DNA of 64,000 nucleotides. It comes from Felis catus. Its lineage: Eukaryota. The notes under the pieces are model-generated. The model made no database searches and was not told the DNA's origin. It saw nothing but the letters and a program-made list of their open reading frames with translations. A program made the translations under genes and the position numbers. The stretch lies in the NCBI RefSeq assembly GCF_018350175.1, contig NC_058368.1, forward strand, positions 74,526,001-74,590,000. The letters are read 5' to 3'. Positions within the stretch are counted from its first letter, which is position 1; each line of letters begins with the position of its first letter. Positions 25,252 through 38,139 of the stretch are shown in pieces.

Positions 25252-25450
25252 CTGTTCCAGTTTCTTATTGCTACATAACAAAAGCTAGAATTTAGTGGCT
25301 GAAAACAACAAAAAATATGTCATTTTCTCTCCTATGTCTGTGCGTTGACTGAGCTCTGCAGGATAGTTTTCACTTGCAAGTTTCTAGAAGGGTTCAGGCA
25401 TATGGTTAGGCTGGAGTACTAGATTACTGGAGGCAGCTTTTGCTGGCTCA
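25252..25450 (-). mobile_element. MLT1 (ERVL-MaLR) LTR fragment
   Basis: tgttccagtttcttattgctacataacaa...tttagtggctgaaaacaaca, a typical MaLR LTR terminus in antisense. Confidence 0.6.
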
Positions 25451-25608
25451 CAAGAGATAATATAAAGGTCTAATTAAAATTTCATAATCTCTACCTACAA
25501 CTTCAATAAAAGTCATGTTTCTCCACACTCTCTTTGGGAGGGAGACCTTCACTGATGTGTTCATATATTTATTTCCATCAAAATATATGTATTTAAAGAA
25601 TATAATTA

Positions 25609-25820
25609 GGAGACCTGGAGGGCTCAGTCGGTTAAGCGTCTGGCTCTTGGTTTTGGCTCAAGTCATGATCTCACGGTTCGTGAGTTGGAACCCACATTGG
25701 GCTCTGTGCTGACAGTCCAGAACCTGCTTGAAATTCTCTCTCTCTTTCCCTTTCTCTGTGCCCCTCAGCTGCTTGTGCTCTCCCTCTTTCTGCCTCTCAA
25801 AATAAATAAATAAACTTAAA
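25609..25820 (+). mobile_element. Can-SINE, older
   Basis: TSD aaagaatataatta at 25595-25608 and 25821-25834. Confidence 0.95.
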
Positions 25821-25844
25821 AAAGAATATAATTAAGCCAACATA

Positions 25845-26058
25845 GGGGCGCCTGGGTGGCGCAGTCGGTTAAGCGTCCGACTTCAGCCAGGTCACGATCT
25901 CGCGGTCCGGGAGTTCGAGCCCCGCATCAGGCTCTGGGCTGATGGCTCGGAGCCTGAAGCCTGTTTCCGATTCTGTGTCTCCCTCTCTCTCTGCCCCTCC
26001 CCCGTTCATGCTCTGTCTCTCTCTGTCCCAAAAATAAATAAACGTTGAAAAAAAATTT
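25845..26058 (+). mobile_element. Young felid Can-SINE
   Basis: Near-consensus and CpG-rich; TSD aattaagccaacata at 25830-25844 and 26059-26073. Confidence 0.97.
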
Positions 26059-26459
26059 AATTAAGCCAACATAAGGAGCAATTCCATAATCACATAATAA
26101 TATTCTTCTACTCTATAGAGGCAGAGGAGAATCTACTATCTTTTATCTTCAGGGTGAATAAAATATGTCAGATACTCTTAAAGGAAGATTGAAGAAACTT
26201 CTACATAAATAATTTTCAAGCTAGTGATAAGAGTTTGGAAGAACTGGAAGAAGAGAGATAATATTATACATTCATTTTACTACAATTTTAATATGAGATG
26301 AATCTGTTAAAGTCTGAGATAAGACAATTCTAGAGGTTTTACCTTTATTTAGGTTTTTGGACAGTAATCATATTAGAGGATTTACAATTGTATTGCAAGA
26401 TACTTTGCTTTTCTTTTAAACTCAGATCCATTATATAATGTAAAGTAGGTTTTTTCCTC

Positions 26460-26480
26460 AAAAAAAAAAAAAAAAAAAAA
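26460..26480. repeat. Poly(A) tract
   Basis: About 21 consecutive A. Confidence 0.9.
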
Positions 26481-26764
26481 GGAAAAGAGGGAGCCACTAG
26501 AGGAATCTAAATAAATACACACAAAATAATAATTTTGCTTTTTTGATTGGCAGTCGACATCCAAAAAGCACAGATTGATTGCTTACATGCTACATGCTTA
26601 CATGAGAGAATCATAACTAGCCCCCTGCAGAGAAGGTTTCTGGAAAACGCTGAGACTGTTGATTAGTGGTGTTTCTCGTTGGCTTGAGGTCAAGGAATGT
26701 CATGTCATGTGCCACTCTTGTCTGACAAAATCTGAGAACTACTTAATGGAGTCAATGTTTTAGA

Positions 26765-26975
26765 CAGCATAGGGTAATGACTTAGACTATATTACTGGAT
26801 TCAAATGGACCTAGATTGTAACAGCTCATCATTTAGTAGTTGAATGAACTTGGTCAGATTACCTCTGAACTTGGATTTCCTGCCTGTAAAATGGGGGAAA
26901 CTAAAGCTGTCTCAAAGGGAGAATAAAGATAGTAAATGAGATAAAACATGTAAAACACTTAGCCCAGTAAATGCT
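26765..26975 (+). mobile_element. MIR
   Basis: gaacttggtcagattacctctgaacttggatttcctgcctgtaaaatgggg...aaatgagataaaacatgtaaaacacttagc. Confidence 0.8.
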
Positions 26976-28254
26976 AGGTAGTAACCTTGAGACAACTCTC
27001 AGATGGAATTTTCTCTAGAGTGACTTAGAAAGGAAATATTCAAGTTGTAAAGTATGTTTATCATTTTAAAGATTGAAACATTAATATGGCAGAATTATTC
27101 ATTTAAAATAGAAAAAGGTAGTTTCGCCATGGGGGATGGAAAGACAGATCTCAAACATTAAGGAACAGGAAACCACTAAGTAACATAGTACCTTGAACAT
27201 TTATTAATGACTGCTTACTGTGTTAAGCATTTCCACCTTCCATAATGGTGGTTTTAATATAGGATCTTGACCAACTGTAGCACAAAAATACTTTTATCTG
27301 AGTCTTTTTGTGTTTGGACTTCGTGGAGAGCTCACTATTTAAGCTGATTTATGTGTGATATGGCAAAGAGTATGTAAAACCCCCAAAGTAAAGCCATCTT
27401 GCCATCAGACTCCTATTAGATCATATCCGTTAGCAAAATGTATGCTTTCATATCAGAGGTTTAATGAGCTATTCCAAGGAAGAAGTCTCTCCACTTTAAT
27501 CGAGAGAGAAGACTTCTGTCATTACTCCAATGACAGGAGAATAGTACTTGGGACTACATAGTTATAGCCAGTATACAGTGACCTTCACATCTCTCAGAAT
27601 GATGCATATATGATAATTTTTTCCGTATTACTTTTATAAATAAGTGTGATAGTCAAGAGAGCGATAATAAATGAGATATTATTTCCAGGTCACTGCCTTG
27701 GCAATTAATACATTCCAAAATAGTTCTTCTTCAATTGATATTTATTCATCAGGCGGAGTGTGCTAAGACTCAGTTCAATTTGCATTCTAAGTAATATTTC
27801 TTTTTCATTTTCTCAAAGTATTAATTTCAACCTTATAATAAAATGTTATAACCTGATAAAACTGTATTGGAGTGAGCCCTTATGACTTGTTAAGCTTTAA
27901 TCATAAAATTTTTTATTTTAAGTATGAAAACCATAGTCAAATGTTTTTCCACTATACATATCAATAAGCAAGCTGGTTTAAAACTAAAAAGATTTTCTAC
28001 ACATGATATATATTTGTAGTCCAAAATAAGTGAGTTATGTCATGGTGATATAATTTTTTTCACTACCTTGATTCCATTAAGATGGGTGATACTCAGTTCA
28101 ATCACAACAAAAATATAGTTTATAAAATCTTACACAAGACTATTGTTTTTTATAATGGTCTAAGATAGAAAATTGTGTTTTCCTTCATGTTTTTTTCCTA
28201 TTTTAAAATAAAATTTACTTATTGTTTCTCTTTTTTTCTGCACAAAGTGTAGGT

Positions 28255-28482
28255 GTTTTGTTTTTTTTTAATTTTTTTTAATGTTTATTTATTTTTGAGA
28301 CAGAGGGAGATAGAGCATGAGTGGGGGGAGGGGCAGAGACAGAGGGAGACACAGAATCTGAAACAGGCTCCAGGTTCTGAGCTGTCAGCACATAGCCCGA
28401 CATAGGACTCGAACCCATGAACTATGAGATCATGACCTGAGCCAAAGTCGGGCGCTTAACCCACTGAGCCACCCAGGTGCCC
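28255..28482 (-). mobile_element. Can-SINE
   Basis: TSD ctgcacaaagtgtaggt at 28238-28254 and 28483-28499. Confidence 0.97.
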
Positions 28483-28654
28483 CTGCACAAAGTGTAGGTT
28501 TAAAACTTGGCCAGTATCTAGTTATACAAGTAAGTTTTGCCTTGTACTGTTTCTTTGAAAGCTCACCATATTTGTCTAGTAAGGGCGTGTTTTCCACACA
28601 GTTTTTCCTATCTTTTGTCATTATATTTAAAAAGGCTCTTGAAAAAATAAATCA

Positions 28655-29090
28655 CATATATGCAATGGAATATTATTTGGCAATAAAACAGAATGAAATC
28701 TTGCCATTTGCAACAATGTGGATGAAGCGAGTGTATTATGCTAATAAGTGAAATAAGTCAGTGAGAGAGAGACAAATATATTATTTCACTCATATGTGGA
28801 GTTTAAGGAACAAACATGAACATAGAGGAAGGGAAGGAAAAATACGAAAACAACAGAGAAGGAGGCAAATGATGAGACTCTTAAAATACAGAGAACAAAT
28901 TGAGGGTTGCTGGTGGGCTGTTGGGTGGGGGGGATGGGTTAAATGGGTGATCGGCATTAAGGAGGGCACTTGTTGGGATGAGCATTGGGTGCCATATGTA
29001 AGTGACGAATCATTGGGCTCTACTCCTGAAACCAACACTACACCATATGTTACCTAACTTGAATTTAAATAAATACATTTAAAAAATAAA
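28655..29090 (+). mobile_element. 5'-truncated carnivore L1 3' end
   Basis: YAMEYYLAIKQNEILPFATMW matches the ORF2p end; 3' UTR similar to 15360-15760. Confidence 0.93.
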
Positions 29091-30131
29091 CCAAAATATA
29101 CAGCTTATTATCAAAAAATCATATAAACTCAAGTGTTCTTTTGGTGTTAAAATTAAGGGTGAAAGGTGTTTGGGTAAGGTGTTCCAAGAAATGTTCATTT
29201 CCTTCCAGAATATATTGAAAAGCAGCAAAGTTGAAGTTATTTACTGCCCTTTCTGAAAACATGTCTTCTCTTCTCAGATCATGAAAAAGTTTTGCCAGAG
29301 AATTTCAAGGGTTCTTTAATCCTCTTTTTGCCATGGTGTTCTGAGTTCTGCTTTGCTTAACTCTATTAATCATATATTAATTAAAAATAATTTTAAAATA
29401 ATTACAAATAATTTTCTCCTTTAAATGACGGTTTATGAGAAACATTCCTTCCATGATTTAATATATGTAATTAATATTTTCTAAATATGAATGTTCCCAA
29501 TGTTCTGTTGTCACCGAGATACTCCTGTAAAAGCATTTTCACACCATTAAACTTCCTAAATTCAATATCACAGTTGAATAGTGATGTGTCATAGGGTTGA
29601 TTCAAAACTAATTCAATTTAAAAGCAGCTTCTCATCATAACAAAACGTAGTTCCACTTTACTGATCCTACCAAGGTAATTAATTTTTTTCTTTCATGTAG
29701 ATTTTAGCGTTGTGTTTGGGCAAACTGGAAATTCAGTTGCCTCAAACATTTTAATATATACTAAACAGACTTCTCCCCTTCTGTACTGGGAATTCTTGAT
29801 GTATCATAAGATCCAGATGTCTACATCTATGTTCACTAGTATTCAAATATATTTGAGCTTCAAACCCGAGGAAGAACTGACAAAGCGTGGAATCTTGACT
29901 CCGATAAAAAGGGGTCCAAGGATGATTACGGCAAATGAATGCCTTTTCAAATGTTTATCATGAGGGATTTAAAAAAGTATTGAATTTTAGTAGGGGAAAT
30001 GCAGGAGAGGTCATTATTGCAAAAAGGATACCTTTAATTTTTAAATATTTCACTCGATGCTTTTTTCTGGGAAATTATATAGCATTTACAAATGCAAGTA
30101 AAAATGATCTATATGCCTATCTGGCATTTTA

Positions 30132-30176
30132 CCTATCCATCCATCCATCTGTGTATTATCTATCTATCTATCTATC
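30132..30176. repeat. Compound (CCAT)n/(TATC)n microsatellite
   Basis: Seen directly. Confidence 0.8.
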
Positions 30177-31533
30177 AGCCCCCTAATCTCAAATCCAGAA
30201 GGACTTTTATGCTTTGCCTATTTAGGCCTTAAACACCTTTATTATAAATATCTCATTTGTAAATGTCATGGGGTACCAAGTTCACCCTCAAAATTTGGAA
30301 AGTAGAAGTGTGAAGATACAGGATACCAAACCGGTGCTGTGGACAACACGTACATGCGTGACATAAGTGGGATGGCAAAAGTATTTCAACATACATGTTG
30401 ATCTCAAATCTTTGTGGGTAAGAGACATTGGTGAGACCCTGGGAATGATGACCCTTGAGTTCCAATTCTGATCTTAACCATCCTGGTGGCCTTAGTAAGG
30501 TCTTATACTCTCATTTGGATCTCAGTGCTACCACCAGTATGGGAAGCACTGGTCCAGATATGACACAACGACAAAGATCCATATGCGTTCTGTACGTGCA
30601 CACGGACACGCAAATACAGCGCTGATCTGTGCCCGTGGCTTGTCATACGTTTGACACTGTTGTTTTGTTTTACACTTGTCAACTCCTTCGCTGAGACTCT
30701 CATGGAGATTTCACCTCCTGGTCTAAGCCGTGCATTTGCTAAATACCAGGCACTGACACATGGCTTTTCATTTGCTCGCCAGGTTGCCCCATCGTTGACT
30801 GTCAATAATGATGTTTCCCAACGGTCCACAATTATTAAAGTGCCTGAATGTTTGCCTCAGAATGTCCTTACGCCATCTGAAAGAAAGTGAACATGTTGAC
30901 AAATGTTCAAAAGTGTCAATCAGTAAAGTGATAATTGAAAATTCCAGAAGGTGGCACTTGCGATGAGATGTCAGTGCCCGAGGGGAAAAAGGCCTGACAG
31001 TCAATGAAATGTGGTCTGAAATGTGGGGGCACTTGGAAGTACATGGCGTTCTCTAACAAAGGATGCGGCAACATAACTTTGAAGAAAGGCACGTCTGAAC
31101 TTCAAGACGAATACGTCAAGGGAGATCATATCACATGTTAAACTCACAATAAAAGGTTCAGCACCATTCTCTGGCTTTCCTACAAAGTCCTGTTTTTGTC
31201 TAAATATTTCAGATTTTTAGCTCTTCACAGACGACATAGCATGGAACGGACGTTTCAGAAGTATTTGTTGATTTAAGCAAAAAAAGGAATGAAGGAACAC
31301 ATATGTCACCTGGACAGAAGGTTAAGGCAGAAGGCCTCAGGCACCAAGACTCAGGTGATCAGATTTTAATATGACAACAAATGTATATGATTCGTTTGCC
31401 AGAAAATTCAAACGAATGAATTGCCATCCACAAATTAATAGCTATTCACGTAGTTTGCAAAACATACTGGTTAAACACCAAGCGCTCGCAGTCATGCAAT
31501 TCTTTAAGACGATGCATTTAAAATGAAATTGGA

Positions 31534-31760
31534 GGGGCGTCTGGGTGGCTCAGTCGGTTGAGCTTCCGACCTTGGCTCTGGTCATGATCTCACGGTCTGT
31601 GAGTTCGAGCCCCGCGTTGGGCTCTGTGCTGACAGCTCAGGGCCTAGAGCCTGCTTCGGATTCTGTGTCTCCCTCTCTGTCTCTCTGACCGTCCCCCGTT
31701 CATGCTCTGTCTCTCTCTGTCTCAAAAATAAATAAACATTAAAAACATTTAAATAAAACA
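31534..31760 (+). mobile_element. Can-SINE
   Basis: Full length; imperfect TSD aaaat[g/a]aaat[t/a]ggag. Confidence 0.96.
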
Positions 31761-32226
31761 AAATAAAATAGGAGCAAGGATCTCAATGGAGACCGAGAGC
31801 AAGTGGGCAGGCGAGAAAATCTGCTTCAGAATGAAAAGCAAAAGAAACAAACAAACCCAAAAGGAAACAGAAAGTGGGTGCTCCCATCCTGTGAAAAAGT
31901 TGGAAAAGTAAATGGAGAGTATGTCAAATTGAGCTAAGACTCAGAAAGAACAAAATTAGCAGATTGGACTGGACCTGAAGAAAATATTTGTAGAGATTCA
32001 TGAGTAAACACTTATTCAGTAACTAAGTAAATATGTTGTTTAAATTTAGTATCAGAAACTCATGATGAATATGCTTTAGAATGATAGGCCACACAATGTA
32101 TATTTAGTCCTGCTCAAATGATAACCATGTTATTTTTAGAAACACACTTTAAATGATTTAATGGGTAGATTTGTACACCGGATATTCCTGCCTAACTTGT
32201 TTTGACTTGGGGGTAGGGAAAAATTA

Positions 32227-32272
32227 AAACAGACCTCTTACAGAATTTAATTAAACAGACCTCTTACAGAAT
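32227..32272. repeat. 20-bp direct repeat with 6-bp spacer
   Basis: aaacagacctcttacagaat at 32227-32246 and 32253-32272. Confidence 0.9.
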
Positions 32273-32583
32273 GCCTTTCTATCCAGACTGGCTCAGTATG
32301 ATGGGTATGGCTCTCTTATCAACATTATCACTCGGTATTTAAGTCACCGTGTTGGCCAAACTTTGGATAGAACTCTCTGACTATATTGCTTGCTGCACTC
32401 ATACCATTTCGCTTTGGGCACTTCTCTAATAATTTTCTCAATAGTTTGTTTTTGAACGGGCACCACAGAGCAATTCACATTAATTAGAGTCATTTTTCTT
32501 TATTGCACCATTTATCCATTCTAATTCTGGTTTGATCCAAACTGGGTACTCATGGAACAAACCTAGCCCTGCTGGGAATACCA

Positions 32584-32614
32584 TTAAAAATTTTTTCATT
32601 TATTTATTTTTGAC

Positions 32615-32647
<33 letters not shown>

Positions 32648-32815
32648 ACAAGTAGGGGAGGGGAAGAGAGGGAGAGAGAGAGAATCCCAAGCAGGCTCCA
32701 CACTTTCAGCACAGAGCCCAACACAGACAGAGCTCGAACTCACCAGCCATGAGATCATGACCTGAGCCCAACTTGAGTCAGACGCTTAATTGGCTGAGCC
32801 ACCCAGGTGTCCCCC
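32584..32815 (-). mobile_element. Can-SINE, older
   Basis: SINEC motifs with (GA)n tract. Confidence 0.93.
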
Positions 32816-33279
32816 GGACCACCACTTTTGACTTTGTCTTATAGTTACATTGAGATACACACAACTGAGGTAAAAAACACACAGTGGCAGCATTGGAAGC
32901 AAGTAATGAAGCACAACAAATCTCAACCCAGGTTTCCTAGAGATACTGCCAATCTCCATACTCTTACTCAAGAGCCAGAATGTTCCAAGTAGAGGAAGGT
33001 GCTGTAGTGAAGAACTCTATAAATATCACATGTGCAAGACAGGAGGAATGGTTAGTTCAGGCCATATATACTCAGTGAGAAACACAATGGGGTCCCCATG
33101 ATGAGACCAAAAATTTGATAATAGAAATGCAAACAGGCTGGGTTTAATCGTCCTCCTCTGTATGTTGTCTCATTTACTTGTTATGTAAAAGAAATAACAG
33201 TTTGTAATATCTTTAGGAAATGTTAAAAAGAATACATAGGAGGCTCATTCTTGCAACTACTGTTACAAGTCATTGTCCT

Positions 33280-33494
33280 GGAGCGCCTGGGTGGCTCAGT
33301 CGCTTGGTTGAGCTTCCTACTTTGGCTCAGCTCAAACTCCCTCATGAGTTTGAGCCCCGCGTGGGGCTCTGTGCTGACAGCTCAGTGCCTGGAGCCTGCG
33401 TCAGATTCTGTCTCTCTCACTGCCCCTGCCCTGCTCGCGCTCTGTCTCTCTCTGTCCCAAAAATAAATAAACACTAATTTTTTTTTAATATAAG
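33280..33494 (+). mobile_element. Can-SINE
   Basis: TSD aagtcattgtcct at 33267-33279 and 33495-33507. Confidence 0.94.
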
Positions 33495-33511
33495 AAGTCA
33501 TTGTCCTTCTT

Positions 33512-33745
33512 TTTTCTTTTCTTTTTTTTTTAATTTTTTTTTAACCTTTACTTATTTTTGAGACAGAGAGAGACAGAGCATGAACAGGGGAGGGGCAGGG
33601 AGAGAGGGAGACACAGAATCTGAAACAGGCTCCAGGCTCTGAGCTGTCAGCACAGAGCCCGACGCAGGGCTCGAACCCACGAACCGTGAGATCATGACCT
33701 GAGCCGAAGTCGGATGCTTAACCGACGAAGCCACCCAGGAGCCCC
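33512..33745 (-). mobile_element. Can-SINE
   Basis: TSD tcattgtccttctt at 33498-33511 and 33746-33759. Confidence 0.96.
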
Positions 33746-33891
33746 TCATTGTCCTTCTTATAGGAGAACAATCTCCATTTTGACCGAGCTGTGTCATGAA
33801 TCTATTCATTTTGAGTGTGTGGTTTGTGGGTTTTTAATTCACTTGTAGTGTAAACATTCCTGAGGACTCATTAAAAAATGAGTTTGATAGG

Positions 33892-34111
33892 TTTTTTTTT
33901 AAGTTTAGTTTTTTAATGTTTATTTTTGAGACAGAGAGACAGAGCATGAATGAGGGAAGGTCAGAGAGAGAGGGAGACACAGACTCTGAAGCAGGCTCCA
34001 GGCTCCGAGCTGTCAGCACAGAGCCCGACAGGAGGCTCGAACTCATAGACCATGAGATCATGACCCGAGCCGAGGTCAGAAGCTCAACTGACTGAGCCAC
34101 CCAGGCGCCCC
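33892..34111 (-). mobile_element. Can-SINE
   Basis: Full-length SINEC in antisense. Confidence 0.95.
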
Positions 34112-34745
34112 TGTAGTTTTCTGATACCCTATTGACTTATGGCCACCTCTTACACATTGTAGCGTAGTTGGGTCTAACATTTCCTACCATGTTTTGACTA
34201 GCGATACACGTTATTTGCAAAAAGTAATTTCTCTTACCACGTGCTCACTGGCAATAAAAGTTATTAAGTCAGATTATGTTTTTAAGTGGTGTTTAATTTA
34301 ATGTACATCTATTTGATTACTAGTTTCACTGAACATTTTATTTTGCTATCGTTTTTATGGATGGAAATCGAGGGTTCATGATGCATTTTTAAACATTTTA
34401 ACTGGAGAACTCGATTTTTACTTGTTCATTGAAATATAAGTGTTTTTTCCACGTTTAATAGTTATTTTAGTTGCCATATTTGTTGCAAAAAATTTTCTTT
34501 TCATCTATTAAAGTATGTATTTCTTTGCAGTCTGAAATGTTTTTTTATTGTATCATAATAATGTTTCCTTTTTCATACCTTTTTCTGATTTAATAATTAG
34601 ACAGTCTTTCATTGTTTAAAGGAAGTTTTCTATATATATTTGATTTTTACATTAATTTTATTATTTAAATCATCTGTTGATTTATCTTGGGGTCTATGTG
34701 ACCAATGGAACCAGGAAGAGACTTGTCAAAGTCACAGAGCAATTA

Positions 34746-34953
34746 TTTTTTTTAATGTTGACACATTTATTTTGAGAGAGACAGAGTGCAAGTGAGGGAG
34801 GGGCAGAGAAAGAGGGAGACGCAGAATCCAAAGCGGGCTTCGGGCTCCGAGCTGTCGGCACAGAGTCTGATGCCGGGCTCGAACTCACGAACCAGGAGAT
34901 CATGACCTGAGCCAAAGTCGGACACTTAGCTGACTGCGCCACCCAGGTGCCCC
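34746..34953 (-). mobile_element. Can-SINE
   Basis: Full length; imperfect TSD caga[g/a]caa[t/c]ta. Confidence 0.95.
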
Positions 34954-35619
34954 AGAACAACTATGTTTCTTGGTTTGTCATTGTTATTCTAACAGAGTTC
35001 TTGTATATGTATTTTGCTGCAGACCTATTCATTACATAAACCTGCATGATGACTATTCATGGTGGATTGGACATTTCGTCAATTCAAACTAACCCTATTT
35101 GTCTTTAGTCAAAGACTTCCCTTCAAATCCTTCTTTGTCTGCAATTCATTTGCCACATATGCACTGCTTTTGTGTTCTTTGACTGCATCATTGTCCACCT
35201 TGGTTTAAAAGTCTCGTGTTAAATGTCATGTTAGGAGTGTCTCTTCAAAGCGGTATTTGTTTGGGTTTAATATCTGTCATCGATGTGTGTATCAAAGGGG
35301 ACTTCCATCGGTTTGTAATTCTTCTCGGAAGTGATGCATTTGGTTTTCTTCTGTGTTTGATTCTATCGATTATTTCACACTTCTGAATTTTTGAATGTGT
35401 GGTTCCCTCTACCTCCAACGGGCGATTGTGCTGACTGTAGGGGGGAGAGGTGCGGAGAGCCTGAGTCAGCATCATTGAAAGAGTAGAAGAGGAGGGCAGG
35501 CCGGTGGTTTTGTTTGTTTTCTGGGTTTTGCCTTGATTTTTGCCTGTGGTGGAAGGGAAGGTGTTATGATCCTCTGTTTGGGGACAAACACTGGGAACGC
35601 GTTCTCTGTCTTGTGTCTT

Positions 35620-35834
35620 TTTTTTTTTTTTTAACGTTTATTTATTTTTGGGACAGAGAGAGACAGAGCATGAACGGGCGAGGGGCAGAGAGAGAGGGAG
35701 ACACAGAATCGGAAACAGGCTCCAGGCTCCGAGCCATCAGCCCAGAGCTTGACGCGGGGCTCGAACTCACGGACCGCGAGATCGTGACCTGGCTGAAGTC
35801 GGACGCTTAACCGACTGCGCCACCCAGGCGCCCC
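35620..35834 (-). mobile_element. Young felid Can-SINE
   Basis: Near-consensus; TSD tgtcttgtgtctt at 35607-35619 and 35835-35847. Confidence 0.97.
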
Positions 35835-36701
35835 TGTCTTGTGTCTTGACAGTGGGATTGCAGGGGTTCTAGCAGCTCAGAATGGCACGGGGCTCTCAAT
35901 TTGTTGCTTAATGGTTACATCACACTTCTAAGTGAGAATTTGTCCCGTGTTCTGTGGGTGCTTTGATTCAAAGTATTGGTGCGCACGCCAGTATGAGCCT
36001 TCATCATTTCTGCTTTTCCATAGCCAGCCGGTCTCCACCACAGTTATTTCAGTCCTCTCCCCATCTCTTCTTATCTCTAAGCTTGCATGTACTTCTCGAC
36101 TTCTTTTCGCAGGTGCTCTTAGGATTTACATCACAGAGATAACTAGAAATGATCAAAGAAACCCCCGAATACCTCAATTTTCCATCGTGAAACCTCCACA
36201 ATGATCTTCTCCAAGCACATCCTTTCCCCCTGCCCTCCTGTTTGGAAAACATCTGTCCTCTGTCCCAGGCAGTACCCCCTTCCACTCCGGACCCCCTGGT
36301 CTTTGGCCTTCTCAAGGGTCCTATACTCCTACCCCACTCTCCATCTCTGGTATTTTCGAAGACTTCTGCTTTGCTTATTCCACTCAGTCAGCTTTGACAT
36401 CTTAATAAGTTCTCCCAGTGCAAAAACAAAACACAAAATAGAAATGAAAACTTCAACTGGCACAAACCCTCCGCTGCCCACCATAGATCATTCCCTGCCT
36501 TCACACCAACCCTTCTTGTTTACAGATCCAACTCTCATCTCCACAGCTCTCCTTCCTCCTCACCACGGGGGGCGGGGGTGTTGGCCATTTGGTTTTCTAG
36601 CACCTCTTCTTCATCCTGGATAAGGGTTCGGTGAAATTACTTTTCCTAAATTAACAACATGAGTTTTCTAAGAGGAGAATGAAAAATGTACTGTCCCACC
36701 T

Positions 36702-37195
36702 GTATCCCTTAGCTGTTACCTCCTATAAAGTAACATGACAAATGACCCCGGAACTCAGGAATGTTAATCAACAACCATTTGTCCCTAGTGACCACGGACT
36801 GGCTGTACGTTGCTGCTTCTGGCGGAGCGGAAAGGGGGAAGATTTGCTTTAAGCTGCACGTCTGTCTGGGCTCGGCTTCTGCTGCACGCGGGCTCAAGTT
36901 TGCTCTACGCACGTTCATTCTGTGGCTAAAGGTGAAGGACCGACAACTACTCACAAGAAACCCCTCCATCCTGATGGTGGAGGTGGGAGGTTGTGAGGCG
37001 ACAAAACAAGCACATTTCAAGGTGCTGCTAGTTCCAGGGCCACCGAGATCCATTGGCCAAGGCAAGTGTTATGGCTGATGCCAACATCATGGGAAAGTGC
37101 CACACCCACCCAACATGGTCCCATGGTCAAGACCCTCTCAGGGACCTAGGAGGAGGGGTTGGGTCTTTTGGAATAATAATGTAATTTAACATCCC
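36702..37195 (-). mobile_element. LTR33-like (ERVL) solo LTR
   Basis: caagcacatttcaagg...cattggccaaggcaagtgttatggctgatgccaacatca...gaataataatgtaattta resembles LTR33; about 0.5 kb. Confidence 0.6.
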
Positions 37196-37769
37196 ACCCC
37201 ACTAGACACAGTTTATCAATTTAGAGACACACACTTGACTCAAGCTATAGGATGTGACATGATATCCACTCAGACCAAAGTAGGGTCACTGTTCTTTCCC
37301 ATGATTGTTCAAACAAATTTTAACTTAGTAAAAGACTGAATCTCTTGGTGACAATCTGGAAAAGTTTTGGTCAACCTTCCCTGACTGCCATTTTCCCTAA
37401 GATGAGAGAAATCACATTAGGGAGAATAACACCCATAAGCACACGTGAGCCTGAGATTCAATGCAGAGGGTGTATTCTTGTCATCCAAGACCCTGATTTC
37501 AGTTATTCCTGAAGCCCAGCCATGCTTGCAGGTTATTGAATGGACTGAATCACCTTTTGGTTTAATGAAGATATTCGAACCAAATTTCTCTCACTGACAT
37601 CAGTTCACATAAATATAGTTACACCACTCATTTACAAAATTCTGTGAGCTTTTTTGGTACCATATTACATTGAAAATGAACTCTGATGCTAATAGGGTCC
37701 TTCCTATCAACACTTAGGTTCCCCCTGCCCCCAGGGGAAAATGACAATATGAACGATACTAGCTTGATT

Positions 37770-37803
37770 TAAATTTTTCTTAAAAGTTTATTTTTGAGGG
37801 AGG

Positions 37804-37850
<47 letters not shown>

Positions 37851-37935
37851 TGAACAGGGGAGGGGCAGAGAGAGAGGGAGGCACAGAATCCAAAGCAGGC
37901 TCCAGGCTCTGAGCTCTCAGCAGAGCTCAGACCCA
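37770..37935 (-). mobile_element. 5'-truncated Can-SINE with expanded (GA)n
   Basis: Only the 3' half is present (gaatccaaagcaggctccaggctctgagct...cagagc); the tRNA head is absent. Confidence 0.88.
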
Positions 37936-38139
37936 TGCATTCTATCATGAATGTTGATATCCTTTGGGATTCTGCTTTAGCCAGACTTAAAACCCATTTC
38001 ATACCCTTCAGACGTATTTCTAGTACCAAGAAAGCCAAGTGGAGCATAGAATCAATATTTTCATTGGGAGCTCTTTTTCTAAATATCAGATGCATGTATG
38101 TAACTCTGGATACACCGATGCAGATGCCTCAGGCTCTTC

